In this document: positions 1 through 9,216 of the stretch, one piece after another
How positions within the stretch are numbered: the first letter of the stretch is position 1
Layout of the letters: each line of letters opens with the position of its first letter
From: an uncultured Pseudomonadota bacterium
GTDB lineage: Bacteria; Babelota; Babeliae; Babelales; RVW-14
Assembly: GCA_964493325.1 (NCBI GenBank)
Contig: CAZBMD010000002.1
Span: 26,416 to 90,415, forward strand
Direction: 5' to 3'
DNA length: 64,000 nucleotides
Made by a program: the position numbers and the translations under genes
The notes under the pieces: generated by a model
What the model saw: only the letters and a program-made list of their open reading frames with translations
What the model was told of the DNA's origin: nothing
Databases searched by the model: none

Positions 1-878
1 AGGTCTTTCGCATTGATCATTGGCTTGGTAAAGAGCTTGTTGGTAACATTGCGCTCATACGTTTTACCAATCGCGTACTTGAGCCTTTGTGGAATAACAA
101 GCATGTAGAGTCGGTTCAAATTGTTATGAATGAAGATAGAGGAATTGGAGCTCGCGGTTTGTATTATGATGCAGCAGGAATTGTGCGTGATATGGTCCAA
201 AGCCACATGTTGCAAATTATGGCATTGGTCGCTATGGAAGCTCCTGAGCATCTTACAGCTCATCATATTCGTGATGCCAAGGCACATGTTCTAAAAAAAG
301 TCAAAGTAGAGTCTGTTGTTCTTGGGCAATACGAAGGCTATCAAGACGAAAAAAATGTTAAGCAAGGATCGCAGACTCCAACGTTTGCGGCGCTTAAACT
401 TTCAATTAACAATAGGCGATGGCGTGGCGTTCCATTTTATGTAAAAACAGGTATTCAGCTTGCTAAGCGTTCTGCTGGTATTTATATCACTTTCAAGCGT
501 GTTGAATGCTTGCTTGATGCTTGCCCTTCTCAGCCAAATGGTTTGCGTATTAACATTCAGCCTGACGAAGGCTTTTTTTTACAATTAAACGCAAAAGTTC
601 CTGGAGTTGCCGACGAAGTGACCCCAGTGACGATGGCCTTTTCGCACAGTACCTTGTTTGGGCCAAATACACCTGAAGCTTATGAGTTGCTTCTCAGTGA
701 TGTGATCAAAAAAGATCATGCTGCATTTGTGCGACATGATGAAATTGAGGAGTCGTGGAAAATTGTTGAACAGATTAATCAATTTGATCAGACGATTTAT
801 CCCTATCTACAAAAAAGCAATGGACCTGACAAGCTAAAACAATTGAATACTGAGGAAGGATTTGTATGGCGCATTTAA
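1..878 (+). CDS. zwf: Glucose-6-phosphate 1-dehydrogenase, C-terminal ~290 aa (5' end outside window)
   Basis: Frame of ORF 87..878 is open back to base 3. Translation begins VFRIDHWLGKELV, a variant of the G6PD RIDHYLGKE active-site motif, then typical G6PD C-terminal domain sequence. Confidence 0.9.
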   Translation, partial: VFRIDHWLGKELVGNIALIRFTNRVLEPLWNNKHVESVQIVMNEDRGIGARGLYYDAAGIVRDMVQSHMLQIMALVAMEAPEHLTAHHIRDAKAHVLKKVKVESVVLGQYEGYQDEKNVKQGSQTPTFAALKLSINNRRWRGVPFYVKTGIQLAKRSAGIYITFKRVECLLDACPSQPNGLRINIQPDEGFFLQLNAKVPGVADEVTPVTMAFSHSTLFGPNTPEAYELLLSDVIKKDHAAFVRHDEIEESWKIVEQINQFDQTIYPYLQKSNGPDKLKQLNTEEGFVWRI

Positions 879-1780
879 ATATTGGACTCATTGGCTTGGG
901 GCGTATGGGTCTTTCTATTGCCTATCGTGCTGTACAAGCAGGGTTTATGGTAACCGGTTTTGATTTTAACAAACAAGCATGTGCAGAAGCTGAAAATCTT
1001 GGTGTGCGCATAGCAACAGATGTTGTTGCTGTTGCTGGGCAATCAGACATTATCTGGCTTATGGTTCCAGCAGGCTCCATTGTGGATGCAGTGCTGGATG
1101 AACTTTTTCCAGTTCTTGATCCTCAAAAAATAGTTATCGATGGTGGTAACAGCAATTTTAATGATTCGATAAGGCGGGCTAAAAAGTTATCCGAAAAGCA
1201 GTTTTCATTTCTTGATTGTGGGACATCTGGCGGTCTTCATGGCAGAGAGATTGGATTTTCTCTCATGGTTGGAGGCAATGAAGATGCATTCAACAAAGCG
1301 GAGCCTTTTTTTAAGGCAATTGCCGCGCCCAAAGGCTATGGATATATGGGGCGATCAGGTGCAGGGCATTACGTCAAAATGGTACACAATGGGATAGAGT
1401 ATGCGCTTTTGCAGGCCTATGCCGAAGGATTTCATTTGCTCAAAGAGGGTCAGTACAAGGAGCTTGACCTTGAAAAAATTTCTGGTGTCTGGGCCCATGG
1501 TTCGATTATTCGTTCGTGGATTGTTGATCTTGCTCAGGAGATTTTTGCAAAAGACCAAAAGTTTGATGATATCTCTGGGGCAATTGGGTCGCATGGTACG
1601 GGACAGTGGACGCTTGATGAGGCTGAACGCTGTAATATTCCGGTTGATATGATCAAAAAATCTCTAGAGATTCGTGAGTGGTCGCAAAGAAGTAGTGGCA
1701 ATTATGCAACTAAAATTGTTGCGATGCTTAGAAAAGCTTTTGGTGGGCACGCTGTTATTTCTTTGTCTAAAAAGAAATAA
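866..1780 (+). CDS. gnd: 6-phosphogluconate dehydrogenase, short (~300 aa) decarboxylating form
   Basis: Rossmann motif IGLIGLGRMG plus GGNSNF, CGTSGG and GAGHYVKMVHNGIEYA blocks typical of 6PGDH. Start overlaps the zwf stop by 13 nt. Confidence 0.8.
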   Translation: MAHLNIGLIGLGRMGLSIAYRAVQAGFMVTGFDFNKQACAEAENLGVRIATDVVAVAGQSDIIWLMVPAGSIVDAVLDELFPVLDPQKIVIDGGNSNFNDSIRRAKKLSEKQFSFLDCGTSGGLHGREIGFSLMVGGNEDAFNKAEPFFKAIAAPKGYGYMGRSGAGHYVKMVHNGIEYALLQAYAEGFHLLKEGQYKELDLEKISGVWAHGSIIRSWIVDLAQEIFAKDQKFDDISGAIGSHGTGQWTLDEAERCNIPVDMIKKSLEIREWSQRSSGNYATKIVAMLRKAFGGHAVISLSKKK

Positions 1781-1816
1781 CATAAAATTTTTTGAAAAAA
1801 TTAGAACAAATAAAAT

Positions 1817-1855
1817 CAAGCACGGTAGCAACAACTACCGTGCTTGAAATTTTTT
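1817..1855. terminator. Bidirectional rho-independent terminator between convergent genes
   Basis: Perfect 12-bp stem caagcacggtag / ctaccgtgcttg with 6-nt loop, followed by a T-run. Sits between the gnd stop and the stop of the minus-strand lectin gene. Confidence 0.8.
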
Positions 1856-2471
1856 ATTGCTTTGAGGTTCGATTTTTACGAGCTTTATGGTTAGTTTTTT
1901 CTACATTTTTGCTTCTGGTTTCAAGGATTTCCCTGTGTATGATTTCTTCTGTTTCTGCTCCAAGTAAACTGAGAAAGACAGCATTATCGGAGTGAAGGAA
2001 GCAGCCTCCAAAAAATGCTCGAATTTTTTCATCAACTGGAGCTGATAAACTAAATGGTGTTTGAGACTCCATACTGTCGCCGCTTCCAAAAGGACCGAAT
2101 TGTTTTCCTTTTCTTGTTTTAAAAACAACTTTTGCTAAATGCATTCCTCCATACCAGTATCCATAAACACCTGAGACTTTGACAATTGGATCGTTGGGAG
2201 AAACTCTGAATTCTGCATTGAAACTATTATCCAAAGGATTACAAGTTCCTAGCTTTTTTTTCCCATAGTAGACTTGTATACGATCAAAAATGCTTCCATG
2301 CCAAATTCTTATTCTTGTAATAGGCTTTGTTGCTTCATCTCGATGATCAAATGTCCCTGAAGAGTTTCCTCCAATCGGACCGAGCGTTGTGGCTTGACAG
2401 CTAAAGCCTCCTTTGATTAATGCTAGTCCGAATACCAGCATTGTGGCATATTGTATTTTATGAAAATTCAT
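1854..2471 (-). CDS. Secreted jacalin-like (beta-prism I) lectin domain protein
   Basis: Hydrophobic N-terminal signal (MNFHKIQYATMLVFGLALIKG). Blocks GGNSSGTF, ITRIRIWHGSIFDRIQVYYG, VSGVYGYWYGGMHLAKVVFKTRKGKQFGPFG and IRAFFGGC..LSLLGAE resemble jacalin-type lectin repeats. Basic C-terminal tail. Confidence 0.6.
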   Translation of the reverse strand: MNFHKIQYATMLVFGLALIKGGFSCQATTLGPIGGNSSGTFDHRDEATKPITRIRIWHGSIFDRIQVYYGKKKLGTCNPLDNSFNAEFRVSPNDPIVKVSGVYGYWYGGMHLAKVVFKTRKGKQFGPFGSGDSMESQTPFSLSAPVDEKIRAFFGGCFLHSDNAVFLSLLGAETEEIIHREILETRSKNVEKTNHKARKNRTSKQ

Positions 2472-2539
2472 ACGACTCCTTCATTTAGGGTTTAAAAAAT
2501 ATCTTTCTCTGTTTTAAATTAAGAAATTTTAAGTCGTCA

Positions 2540-3208
2540 ATGGTTAAGTTTGATTTGAGTAAAAAGGGGTTTCTAGTGAAATATTTTAAAAAAATTATTG
2601 ATATCAGTTGGCCTGTTTTGCCATCTATGACGGCTTACAAAAACAATCGGGTGGTTGAATTTAAGTCTACAAAAATATTCGAGCGCGATGCTGCGCGTGA
2701 GTCGGTTGTAACGCTTGGTGCTCACACCGGTACGCACGTTGATGCGCCGTCTCATTTTATGTGTGATGGCAGGACCATCGACCAACTAGACCTTGCCAGT
2801 TTGATTGGGTCTTGCGTGGTGATAGATATGACGCATAAAGAAGAAAAAATTACAGAAGAAGATCTTGCAACATATGATCTGCAAGAAGGTGGGATGATTC
2901 TTTTTAAAACAAAAAATAGTGCTTTTGCGCCTACCGATCTTTTTTGCCCGCAGTTTGTCTACCTTGATGCAACAGCTGCACAGTTTCTGGCATCAAAAAA
3001 GCTGCGCTGCGTGGGGATTGATTATCTGGGTGTTGAGCGCAATCAACCAGGGCACGAGACCCACACTATTTTATTTGAAGCTGGAGCCGTTATTATTGAA
3101 GGCCTGCGTTTGCAAGCTGTAGAACCTGGAGAGTATTTTTTATGCTGCCTACCGCTGGCGCTGGAAGGGCTTGAAGCAGCACCAGCACGTGCGGTACTGC
3201 TTCAATAA
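2540..3208 (+). CDS. Cyclase family protein / kynurenine formamidase-like
   Basis: Metal-binding signature GAHTGTHVDAPSHF (HxGTHxDxPxH) and ~220 aa length typical of the putative cyclase/arylformamidase family. Confidence 0.7.
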   Translation: MVKFDLSKKGFLVKYFKKIIDISWPVLPSMTAYKNNRVVEFKSTKIFERDAARESVVTLGAHTGTHVDAPSHFMCDGRTIDQLDLASLIGSCVVIDMTHKEEKITEEDLATYDLQEGGMILFKTKNSAFAPTDLFCPQFVYLDATAAQFLASKKLRCVGIDYLGVERNQPGHETHTILFEAGAVIIEGLRLQAVEPGEYFLCCLPLALEGLEAAPARAVLLQ

Positions 3209-4531
3209 TTACAACTTTTTATCTTGAGGCTCGTAGCCAAGTTGTTTCAGCTTGTCTCGAGTCTCGTCGGCAACAGCCCAATTTTTTTCTTTGCGGGCTT
3301 GCTCTCTTTTTTCAATCAATGCTTGAATTTCTGGTGTTATTTCAACCGTTGTTTCGGGCAAAGGTTGTAGCGTGAGTCCAAGAATGGACTGCAGCATCTT
3401 TTTGACAAGAGCTGCTGTTTGAGTATCCATTTTTTTAAGGTATTCAAACAAAAGTCCAAGAAACTTTGGTGTATTCAGGTCATCGCAAAGCGCTTCGAGC
3501 ATATCGCGTGTAACCTGGTAATCTGCATAATTATTTTCAGCGGCAGCGGGAACTGCTGCTAGAGCCGCAATAATTTTTTTGTAAGCAACTCCTGCTCCCT
3601 GAACATCCTGCAGATTGAAATCAATGGGAGTACGGTAGTGATGTTGCAGCAAAAAAAATCTAAAGACCATAGGGTCAATGGTTTGAAATGCATCGCGGAG
3701 CGTCAAAAAATTGCCCAACGATTTGGACATTTTTTCTTTGTTTACGTTGATGAAAGCGTTATGGAGCCAAAAGCGTGCAAATGTTGTATCGTGCAAACTT
3801 TCGGACTGCGCAATTTCATTTTCGTGGTGTGGAAAAATAAGGTCCATACCGCCACCGTGAATATCAAATGTTTCTCCCAGCAAGGCTTTTGCCATCACTG
3901 AACATTCAATATGCCAGCCTGGTCTGCCGTAGCCCCACGGTGATTCCCAAAATTTTCCAGCTTCGTTACCTTTCCACAATGCAAAATCGCCAGCATTTTT
4001 TTTGCGTGAGTCCACGTCAACGCGTGCTCCGGCTTCAAGCTCATCAAGTTTTCGGCCAGATAGCTTGCCGTAGCTGTTAAAAGATGAGATGTCAAAATAG
4101 ACGTCGCCATCAACAATGTAGGCGCAGTCTTTGGCAACAAGACCCTGGATAAATGAAATAATTTCTTTGATGTACTGGGTGACGCGCGGTTCGGCATCTG
4201 GGGTAACACAGTTCAGAAGAGCCATGTCTTGATGGTAAGCATCGATGTAGCGGGTAGCAACCTGTGTGTACGAATTGGGGTTGCCTTCGGCAATTGCCTT
4301 GTTGATGATTTTGTCATCAATATCGGTCAGATTGCGGATGTAATTAACTTTGTATCCTATTGATTTGAGCAGGCGTACAAGGACGTCAAAGTTAACGTAT
4401 GCTCGTCCGTGACCCAGGTGTGAGTAGTCATAGGGGGTAATGCCGCACACGTACATTGATACGGTGCCCGGTTTTTGAGGAGAGAATATTTCTTTTTTTT
4501 TGGTCAGTGAGTTGGTCAGGACGAGCTTCAT
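3209..4531 (-). CDS. cysS: Cysteine--tRNA ligase
   Basis: Class I aaRS motifs HLGHGRAY (HIGH) and KMSKSLGN (KMSKS). 440 aa with a CysRS-like sequence throughout. Confidence 0.95.
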   Translation of the reverse strand: MKLVLTNSLTKKKEIFSPQKPGTVSMYVCGITPYDYSHLGHGRAYVNFDVLVRLLKSIGYKVNYIRNLTDIDDKIINKAIAEGNPNSYTQVATRYIDAYHQDMALLNCVTPDAEPRVTQYIKEIISFIQGLVAKDCAYIVDGDVYFDISSFNSYGKLSGRKLDELEAGARVDVDSRKKNAGDFALWKGNEAGKFWESPWGYGRPGWHIECSVMAKALLGETFDIHGGGMDLIFPHHENEIAQSESLHDTTFARFWLHNAFINVNKEKMSKSLGNFLTLRDAFQTIDPMVFRFFLLQHHYRTPIDFNLQDVQGAGVAYKKIIAALAAVPAAAENNYADYQVTRDMLEALCDDLNTPKFLGLLFEYLKKMDTQTAALVKKMLQSILGLTLQPLPETTVEITPEIQALIEKREQARKEKNWAVADETRDKLKQLGYEPQDKKL

Positions 4532-4536
4532 AATTA

Positions 4537-5016
4537 TTATTTTGTAAAGGTGGTTTGAATTTTTGTCTTCAGTTCATCTTTTGAAACAAAACCTTCAATA
4601 CGGTCTTCTTGGCTTGTTTCTTTGCCATCTTCAAAAAAGAGGAATGCTGGGATACCTCTGATGCCGTATTGTTTTGCAATATCTCCAGCTTCATCAACAT
4701 CAATCATGGCAAACTTTGTTGATGCCAAGTCTGCATCATGAGCAAGTTCTTCATAAATTGGTTGCATGTCCTTACAAGCCCCACACCATTCAGCATGAAA
4801 CTTTACAATGACCGGTGCTTTTTCCTGAAGGACTGCTTCTTCAAATTGAGTATCATTTTTGATGTGTATGACGGATGAAGAGTTTTGATGTTGTGCTGTT
4901 ACATGTTTTTTACTGCCATGGTCGTGTCCACAGGGACACTTGTGGCAGCCCCATTTGCATGAACTAAGAAATACAAGGCTGATGACACTTACGCACTTTA
5001 AAAATTTTGTAATCAT
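4537..5016 (-). CDS. Thioredoxin-fold lipoprotein with Cys/His-rich N-terminal segment
   Basis: Internal ATG at 5016 gives MITKFLKCVSVISLVFLSSC (lipobox LSSC). This is followed by KWGCHKCPCGHDHGSKKH and a thioredoxin domain with a WCGACK active site. Confidence 0.75.
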   Translation of the reverse strand: MITKFLKCVSVISLVFLSSCKWGCHKCPCGHDHGSKKHVTAQHQNSSSVIHIKNDTQFEEAVLQEKAPVIVKFHAEWCGACKDMQPIYEELAHDADLASTKFAMIDVDEAGDIAKQYGIRGIPAFLFFEDGKETSQEDRIEGFVSKDELKTKIQTTFTK

Positions 5017-5130
5017 ATTGTTTTCCTGAAAAAAAGGAGGATTAAGATTCTTTAGACGATTCTTTTTATAATATCTGGAAAACAAAAGTAAGTATAGATA
5101 CCCTCAAGGAGAGGAGCATTTCTTTGCTTT

Positions 5131-5490
5131 ATGGTAAAGAAGAATGGGGAAATTATGAGAAAATATTTTTTTTTAAAGGCACTTTTGCCGTGTGCAATTT
5201 TTTTTATTTTTAGCACTATTTTTCAACACAACAAGGTTATCAAAATCAATTATGAAAAAAGACGGAATGAGCTCAAGCTTGGGCAGCTGAAAAAAGAATA
5301 TAACCGACTGATGGTTTATCATACGACGATGTGTGATTTTCAGATAACGCAAAGCATTGCTCAGCACCGGTGCGGTATGAAGCTTGTGTCGCTTGCTCAG
5401 ATTGAGACTCTAACAGATGGAGGTGGGTTTGATTTTTACACTGCGTCATCAAGTGATGCGATGTTTTTGATTAATCAGCGGTCAGCATAG
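5131..5490 (+). CDS. Putative cell-division protein FtsL-like (small bitopic membrane protein)
   Basis: One hydrophobic helix followed by a charged coiled-coil-like stretch (EKRRNELKLGQLKKEYNRL), located directly upstream of ftsI. ATG 5155 is an alternative start. Assignment rests mainly on position. Confidence 0.4.
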   Translation: MVKKNGEIMRKYFFLKALLPCAIFFIFSTIFQHNKVIKINYEKRRNELKLGQLKKEYNRLMVYHTTMCDFQITQSIAQHRCGMKLVSLAQIETLTDGGGFDFYTASSSDAMFLINQRSA

Positions 5491-5498
5491 GTGGGGTT

Positions 5499-7145
5499 GT
5501 GATTTATAAAGATTATCGAGTTCGGCTCTTTATCGTTTTTTGTGCGTTTGGGTTTGTGTACCTAGTTCTTGTGGCTCGGCTCTTTTTTATTCAAATTTAT
5601 TACAAAGATTTTTTTGTAAACCTTGCTCATGGACAACATCATGTTGCCGTTTCCATTAGTCCAGCACGTGGCGCTATTTATGATCGGTTCAAAGATAGGC
5701 CGCTTACGTTTAACAATGAGACATTGTCTGCATTCATTCTGCCTCATGAACTGAGTGAAAAAGAAAAGACATGCGCTTATCTCAAGCGTTCTTATCCAGA
5801 GGTTTTTGATCGTATGATCAAATTTCCTCAGAGGCATTTTTTATGGCTCGATCGGCATCTGCCCGAAGAGCGACTTACTTATTTACGAGGTAAAAAACTT
5901 AAAGATATTAATTTTATTGCTGAGCCTCAGCGCTATTATCCTGTCGAATCGCTTGCTCATGTTCTTGGCTTTACCGATATTGATAACAATGGCATAGCAG
6001 GTATTGAGCAAGAATTTAATAAACATCTGAGTGGCGCTTCGTCGTTTCTTGAGATGGAGCGGGATGCTCGTTCTGGTTGTTTTTATTTTGAAAAAAATGT
6101 GAACAAACAGGGTGAGCTGGGTTTGCCCGTGGTGCTCACCATCGATAGTGCCTTGCAGTCTTTTGCATATGAAGAGCTCAAAGAAACGGTTCTACGGCAT
6201 CGAGCCAAAACGGGGTCGGTTCTGGTCATGGATCCAGACTCTGGTGAAATTTTGACGATGGCTAACTATCCAAGCTTTAATCCGTCAGAAAAAAAGACAA
6301 ATCTTAATCTAGAGGTAACAAAAAATAATGTGGTGAGTGAGTGTTACGAGCTAGGATCTGTTTTTAAAATTTTTACCGCTCTTGCTGCGCTGGAAGAAGA
6401 GTTGGTAACTCCTGATGATTTAATTGACTGCGAGGGTAAGGTTACTTTTATTGATGGTATTCGTGTAGAAAACTGGAAGAGTGTTAATGTTGTACCTTTC
6501 AGTGATGTGGTCAGATATTCGAGCAACGTTGGTATTGCTAAAGTTGCCAAGCTTCTTGGCCCGCGATTGCACCATTATTTACGTCTGCTGGGGTTTGGGA
6601 AAAAGACTGGGATTCGATTTCCTGGTGAGAGAGATGGATTTGTTAATCCTCCCGAACGGTGGAGTAAGCCTTCGCTCATTGTGCTTGCCTTTGGCTACGA
6701 AATTATGGCTTCTCTTCTTCAGCTAGGCTCTGCTTTTTCTATCATTGCCAACGGTGGTTACTCAGTAAAACCGTCGCTGGTTATCGATCCTCCTCAAGAA
6801 CCTTGGCAAAAAACAAAGTTGCTAAGCGACAGAACTATCGAGCAAATTAAAGATATTATGGAAAAAATTGGCGAGCGTTACAAGATTTCTGGCTATCGGG
6901 TGATGGGCAAAACGGGAACAGCACGATGTGTCAAAGATGGCGTCTATTCAACCAAAGCTCATTTGTACACGTTTGCCGGCATTGTAGAAAAAGGTGATTA
7001 TAAACGGGTGATTGTGACTTTTATCAAAGAGCCTGAACGTGCTCACATGTGGGCATCTGAAGTCACGGCACCTCTGTTTCGGCGTGTTGCTGAGCGCATG
7101 GTTATTCTTGATACAACGCGGCGAGGGAAAAAGCTGAAGCCGTGA
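5499..7145 (+). CDS. ftsI: Class B penicillin-binding protein / peptidoglycan D,D-transpeptidase FtsI
   Basis: N-terminal TM anchor. Transpeptidase motifs SVFK (SxxK), SSN and KTGT in the correct order. GTG start. Confidence 0.9.
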   Translation: MIYKDYRVRLFIVFCAFGFVYLVLVARLFFIQIYYKDFFVNLAHGQHHVAVSISPARGAIYDRFKDRPLTFNNETLSAFILPHELSEKEKTCAYLKRSYPEVFDRMIKFPQRHFLWLDRHLPEERLTYLRGKKLKDINFIAEPQRYYPVESLAHVLGFTDIDNNGIAGIEQEFNKHLSGASSFLEMERDARSGCFYFEKNVNKQGELGLPVVLTIDSALQSFAYEELKETVLRHRAKTGSVLVMDPDSGEILTMANYPSFNPSEKKTNLNLEVTKNNVVSECYELGSVFKIFTALAALEEELVTPDDLIDCEGKVTFIDGIRVENWKSVNVVPFSDVVRYSSNVGIAKVAKLLGPRLHHYLRLLGFGKKTGIRFPGERDGFVNPPERWSKPSLIVLAFGYEIMASLLQLGSAFSIIANGGYSVKPSLVIDPPQEPWQKTKLLSDRTIEQIKDIMEKIGERYKISGYRVMGKTGTARCVKDGVYSTKAHLYTFAGIVEKGDYKRVIVTFIKEPERAHMWASEVTAPLFRRVAERMVILDTTRRGKKLKP

Positions 7146-7154
7146 CCAGTTAAG

Positions 7155-7697
7155 CTATGTTTTTTTTACGTAATGCCTTTGCTCAATGTCATTACTATAA
7201 ATAAATGCAGAAATTTCTCTTAATTGTTCTCTATTGAGAATTTGCTTTGGCAGTGCAATTCCTTCATGAATATCTACCGGAATGGTGGTGATGATATATT
7301 CATCAATCAATCCTGCATCATAGAATTGTTGTACCAGATGCGCTCCTCCCTCGAGCCAAATTCTGCACCCTGGCTGCTGGGTTTCAATTTGATCAACAAA
7401 GTCTTTGATGTCCATTGCAACAAAGGTGATATCTGAGCGTGGGCTTTCTGAGGTGCTTTCAGTGAAAACATATGTGTGTTTGCCAGCATTAGGCCAGTCT
7501 CCAAAGGTGAGCATCTGTTCATAGGTTTTTCTACCTATAACGATCAAGTCTATAGATTTAAAAAAATCTGCATATCCGCAATCCATACCTGGGGGCAACG
7601 CTGCTGAAAACTCATTGAGCCAGTCAACACCGCCATCTTTGTCGGCAATAAAACCGTCACGGCTGGTGGCAATATAAAGAATAATGTGTGGTTTCAT
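7155..7697 (-). CDS. Dihydrofolate reductase family protein (RibD C-terminal domain-like)
   Basis: N-terminus MKPHIILYIATSRDGFIADKDGGVDWL and ~180 aa length match the RibD_C/DHFR-like family pattern. Confidence 0.7.
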   Translation of the reverse strand: MKPHIILYIATSRDGFIADKDGGVDWLNEFSAALPPGMDCGYADFFKSIDLIVIGRKTYEQMLTFGDWPNAGKHTYVFTESTSESPRSDITFVAMDIKDFVDQIETQQPGCRIWLEGGAHLVQQFYDAGLIDEYIITTIPVDIHEGIALPKQILNREQLREISAFIYSNDIEQRHYVKKT

Positions 7698-7715
7698 AAG
7701 ATTCCCTCTGCTTGA

Positions 7716-8087
7716 TTAATTTGGTATAAAAGCATTTTCGATGTATTCAATACTGAATGAGCCATTACTGTGTAAAACAGTTGCGATATCAAATCGAAGC
7801 ACATGACTGAATAGTTTGTTTTCAAGTGCGAAGTGACGGGCAGCGCGGCCTATTTTTTGTTGCTTTGATTTGGTAATCAATTGACTGAGCGAGAAATATT
7901 GCGTGTTGCGCGTTTTCACTTCGACAAAGACAACGGTATCACCTTTTTGAGCAATAACGTCCACCTCGCCGCTGCGAACAAGATAATTTTGAGCAAGAAT
8001 CTTAAACCCTTGGTCTGCAAGCCATGCGGCAACAGCCGCTTCACCACCTGAGCCAAGGGCTTTTAATTGCTGATACTTTTTTGTCAT
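7716..8087 (-). CDS. yraN: YraN family endonuclease (UPF0102)
   Basis: GEAAVAAWLADQGFKILAQNYLVRSGEVDVIAQKGDTVVFVEVKTR matches the YraN/UPF0102 signature. 123 aa. Confidence 0.8.
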   Translation of the reverse strand: MTKKYQQLKALGSGGEAAVAAWLADQGFKILAQNYLVRSGEVDVIAQKGDTVVFVEVKTRNTQYFSLSQLITKSKQQKIGRAARHFALENKLFSHVLRFDIATVLHSNGSFSIEYIENAFIPN

Positions 8088-8090
8088 GAG

Positions 8091-8876
8091 CTAAAAAAGA
8101 AACGGAACTTTTTTAGCGACCAGAGCGTTTCCTTTTTCAAGAAATTCTGATTCGGGAAACTTGCTTGCAAGAATTTGTAGATTCTTTGCTACAAGCTCTT
8201 TATTTCTTTGTCGGTGAGCAAGCTTGCTTTCAAGAAACAGAAGGCGAGCTTCAAGGGCTGGGTTGTTTGGCAGGTATTTTTCTTTTAAGCTTTCAAGACG
8301 TTTTTCGGCTGCCGCATACTTTTTCTGATGCACATAAAAATCAAAAATGTAGACCTCTTTGTCAATAATCTTGCGTTGGCATGTTTGTTGAACACTAATC
8401 ACATCGTTGCGATAGGTAATGTATGAGTTGTCGTTTAGGTATTCTCGACAAAGCTTGAGTGCATTTTCGGTTGGAGTTTGATCACAATCTGAGCGGAGTG
8501 TCTGGTTGAACTGTGCAAGAATTGATTGGTATTTAGCGTATTCGGCTTTTTCGTCAGAAGGGTAAAATTGGTGAAAGTGCTCATATAGCTCGTGAGCTGC
8601 TGGATATTTTTCAAGTCTAAAAAGTGTATCAGCAAGCAGAATTTTGTAGGAGGCAATGTTGGGTTTTTCTGCGTGTTGCGAGATCATAGTTTCTAGGTAT
8701 TCGGCAGCGTCATCAAGATGTTTTTTTTCTAGAGCGACAAAGGCATTTTCTTTGAGCTCTTCAAAACTCATCTCTTCTTTGCTTTTTTGTTTTGCGCACG
8801 ATGACAGAAAAAGGGCAAAAAGAGCGACACCAAAAAAGCGGTGTAGGCAAAAAAAGAATCTGTTTTTTTGAGTCAT
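8091..8876 (-). CDS. bamD: Outer membrane protein assembly factor BamD-like TPR lipoprotein
   Basis: Signal peptide with lipobox (FLSSC). ~260 aa helical TPR-like repeats resembling YfiO/BamD. Confidence 0.55.
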   Translation of the reverse strand: MTQKNRFFFCLHRFFGVALFALFLSSCAKQKSKEEMSFEELKENAFVALEKKHLDDAAEYLETMISQHAEKPNIASYKILLADTLFRLEKYPAAHELYEHFHQFYPSDEKAEYAKYQSILAQFNQTLRSDCDQTPTENALKLCREYLNDNSYITYRNDVISVQQTCQRKIIDKEVYIFDFYVHQKKYAAAEKRLESLKEKYLPNNPALEARLLFLESKLAHRQRNKELVAKNLQILASKFPESEFLEKGNALVAKKVPFLF

Positions 8877-9155
8877 GATTATTCCCTTGAATCAACGGCT
8901 ATATGCTTCTTGTAACTATTACAACGTAGCAAAAAACCAGATGAATGGCAAAAGGCATCTCTGTTATTAATTTTATATCCTAATTGAATTTTATATATTC
9001 AGTTGGGGGTAAATAGCTTCAGAATGAGGGCAATATCAATCTTTTCTTGCTTGGCGCGTAAGCGAGTGTTTGGGCTTTAAAAAAACAGCGTAGTTGTCGG
9101 GGGTACGTTCATGGTGTGTCATAAAAAATTTGTTGAGTCATAAACTTATGGGTAT

Positions 9156-9182
9156 GAAAAAAAGCCCCGGAAATCCAGGGCC
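9156..9182 (-). terminator. Rho-independent terminator after paralog 1
   Basis: Stem gccccgg/ccagggc (one mismatch), loop aaat. The plus-strand A-run gives a T-run on the minus strand. Lies 35 nt downstream of the stop of 9217..9828. Confidence 0.6.
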
Positions 9183-9216
9183 TTAATTAGGCGAGACTTA
9201 CATATTTTAGTTTTTG

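Noticed and set aside
1792-1995. 67-aa plus-strand ORF after gnd.
   Set aside because: It spans the bidirectional terminator hairpin and lies antisense to the 3' end of the lectin gene. The translation is hydrophobic noise.
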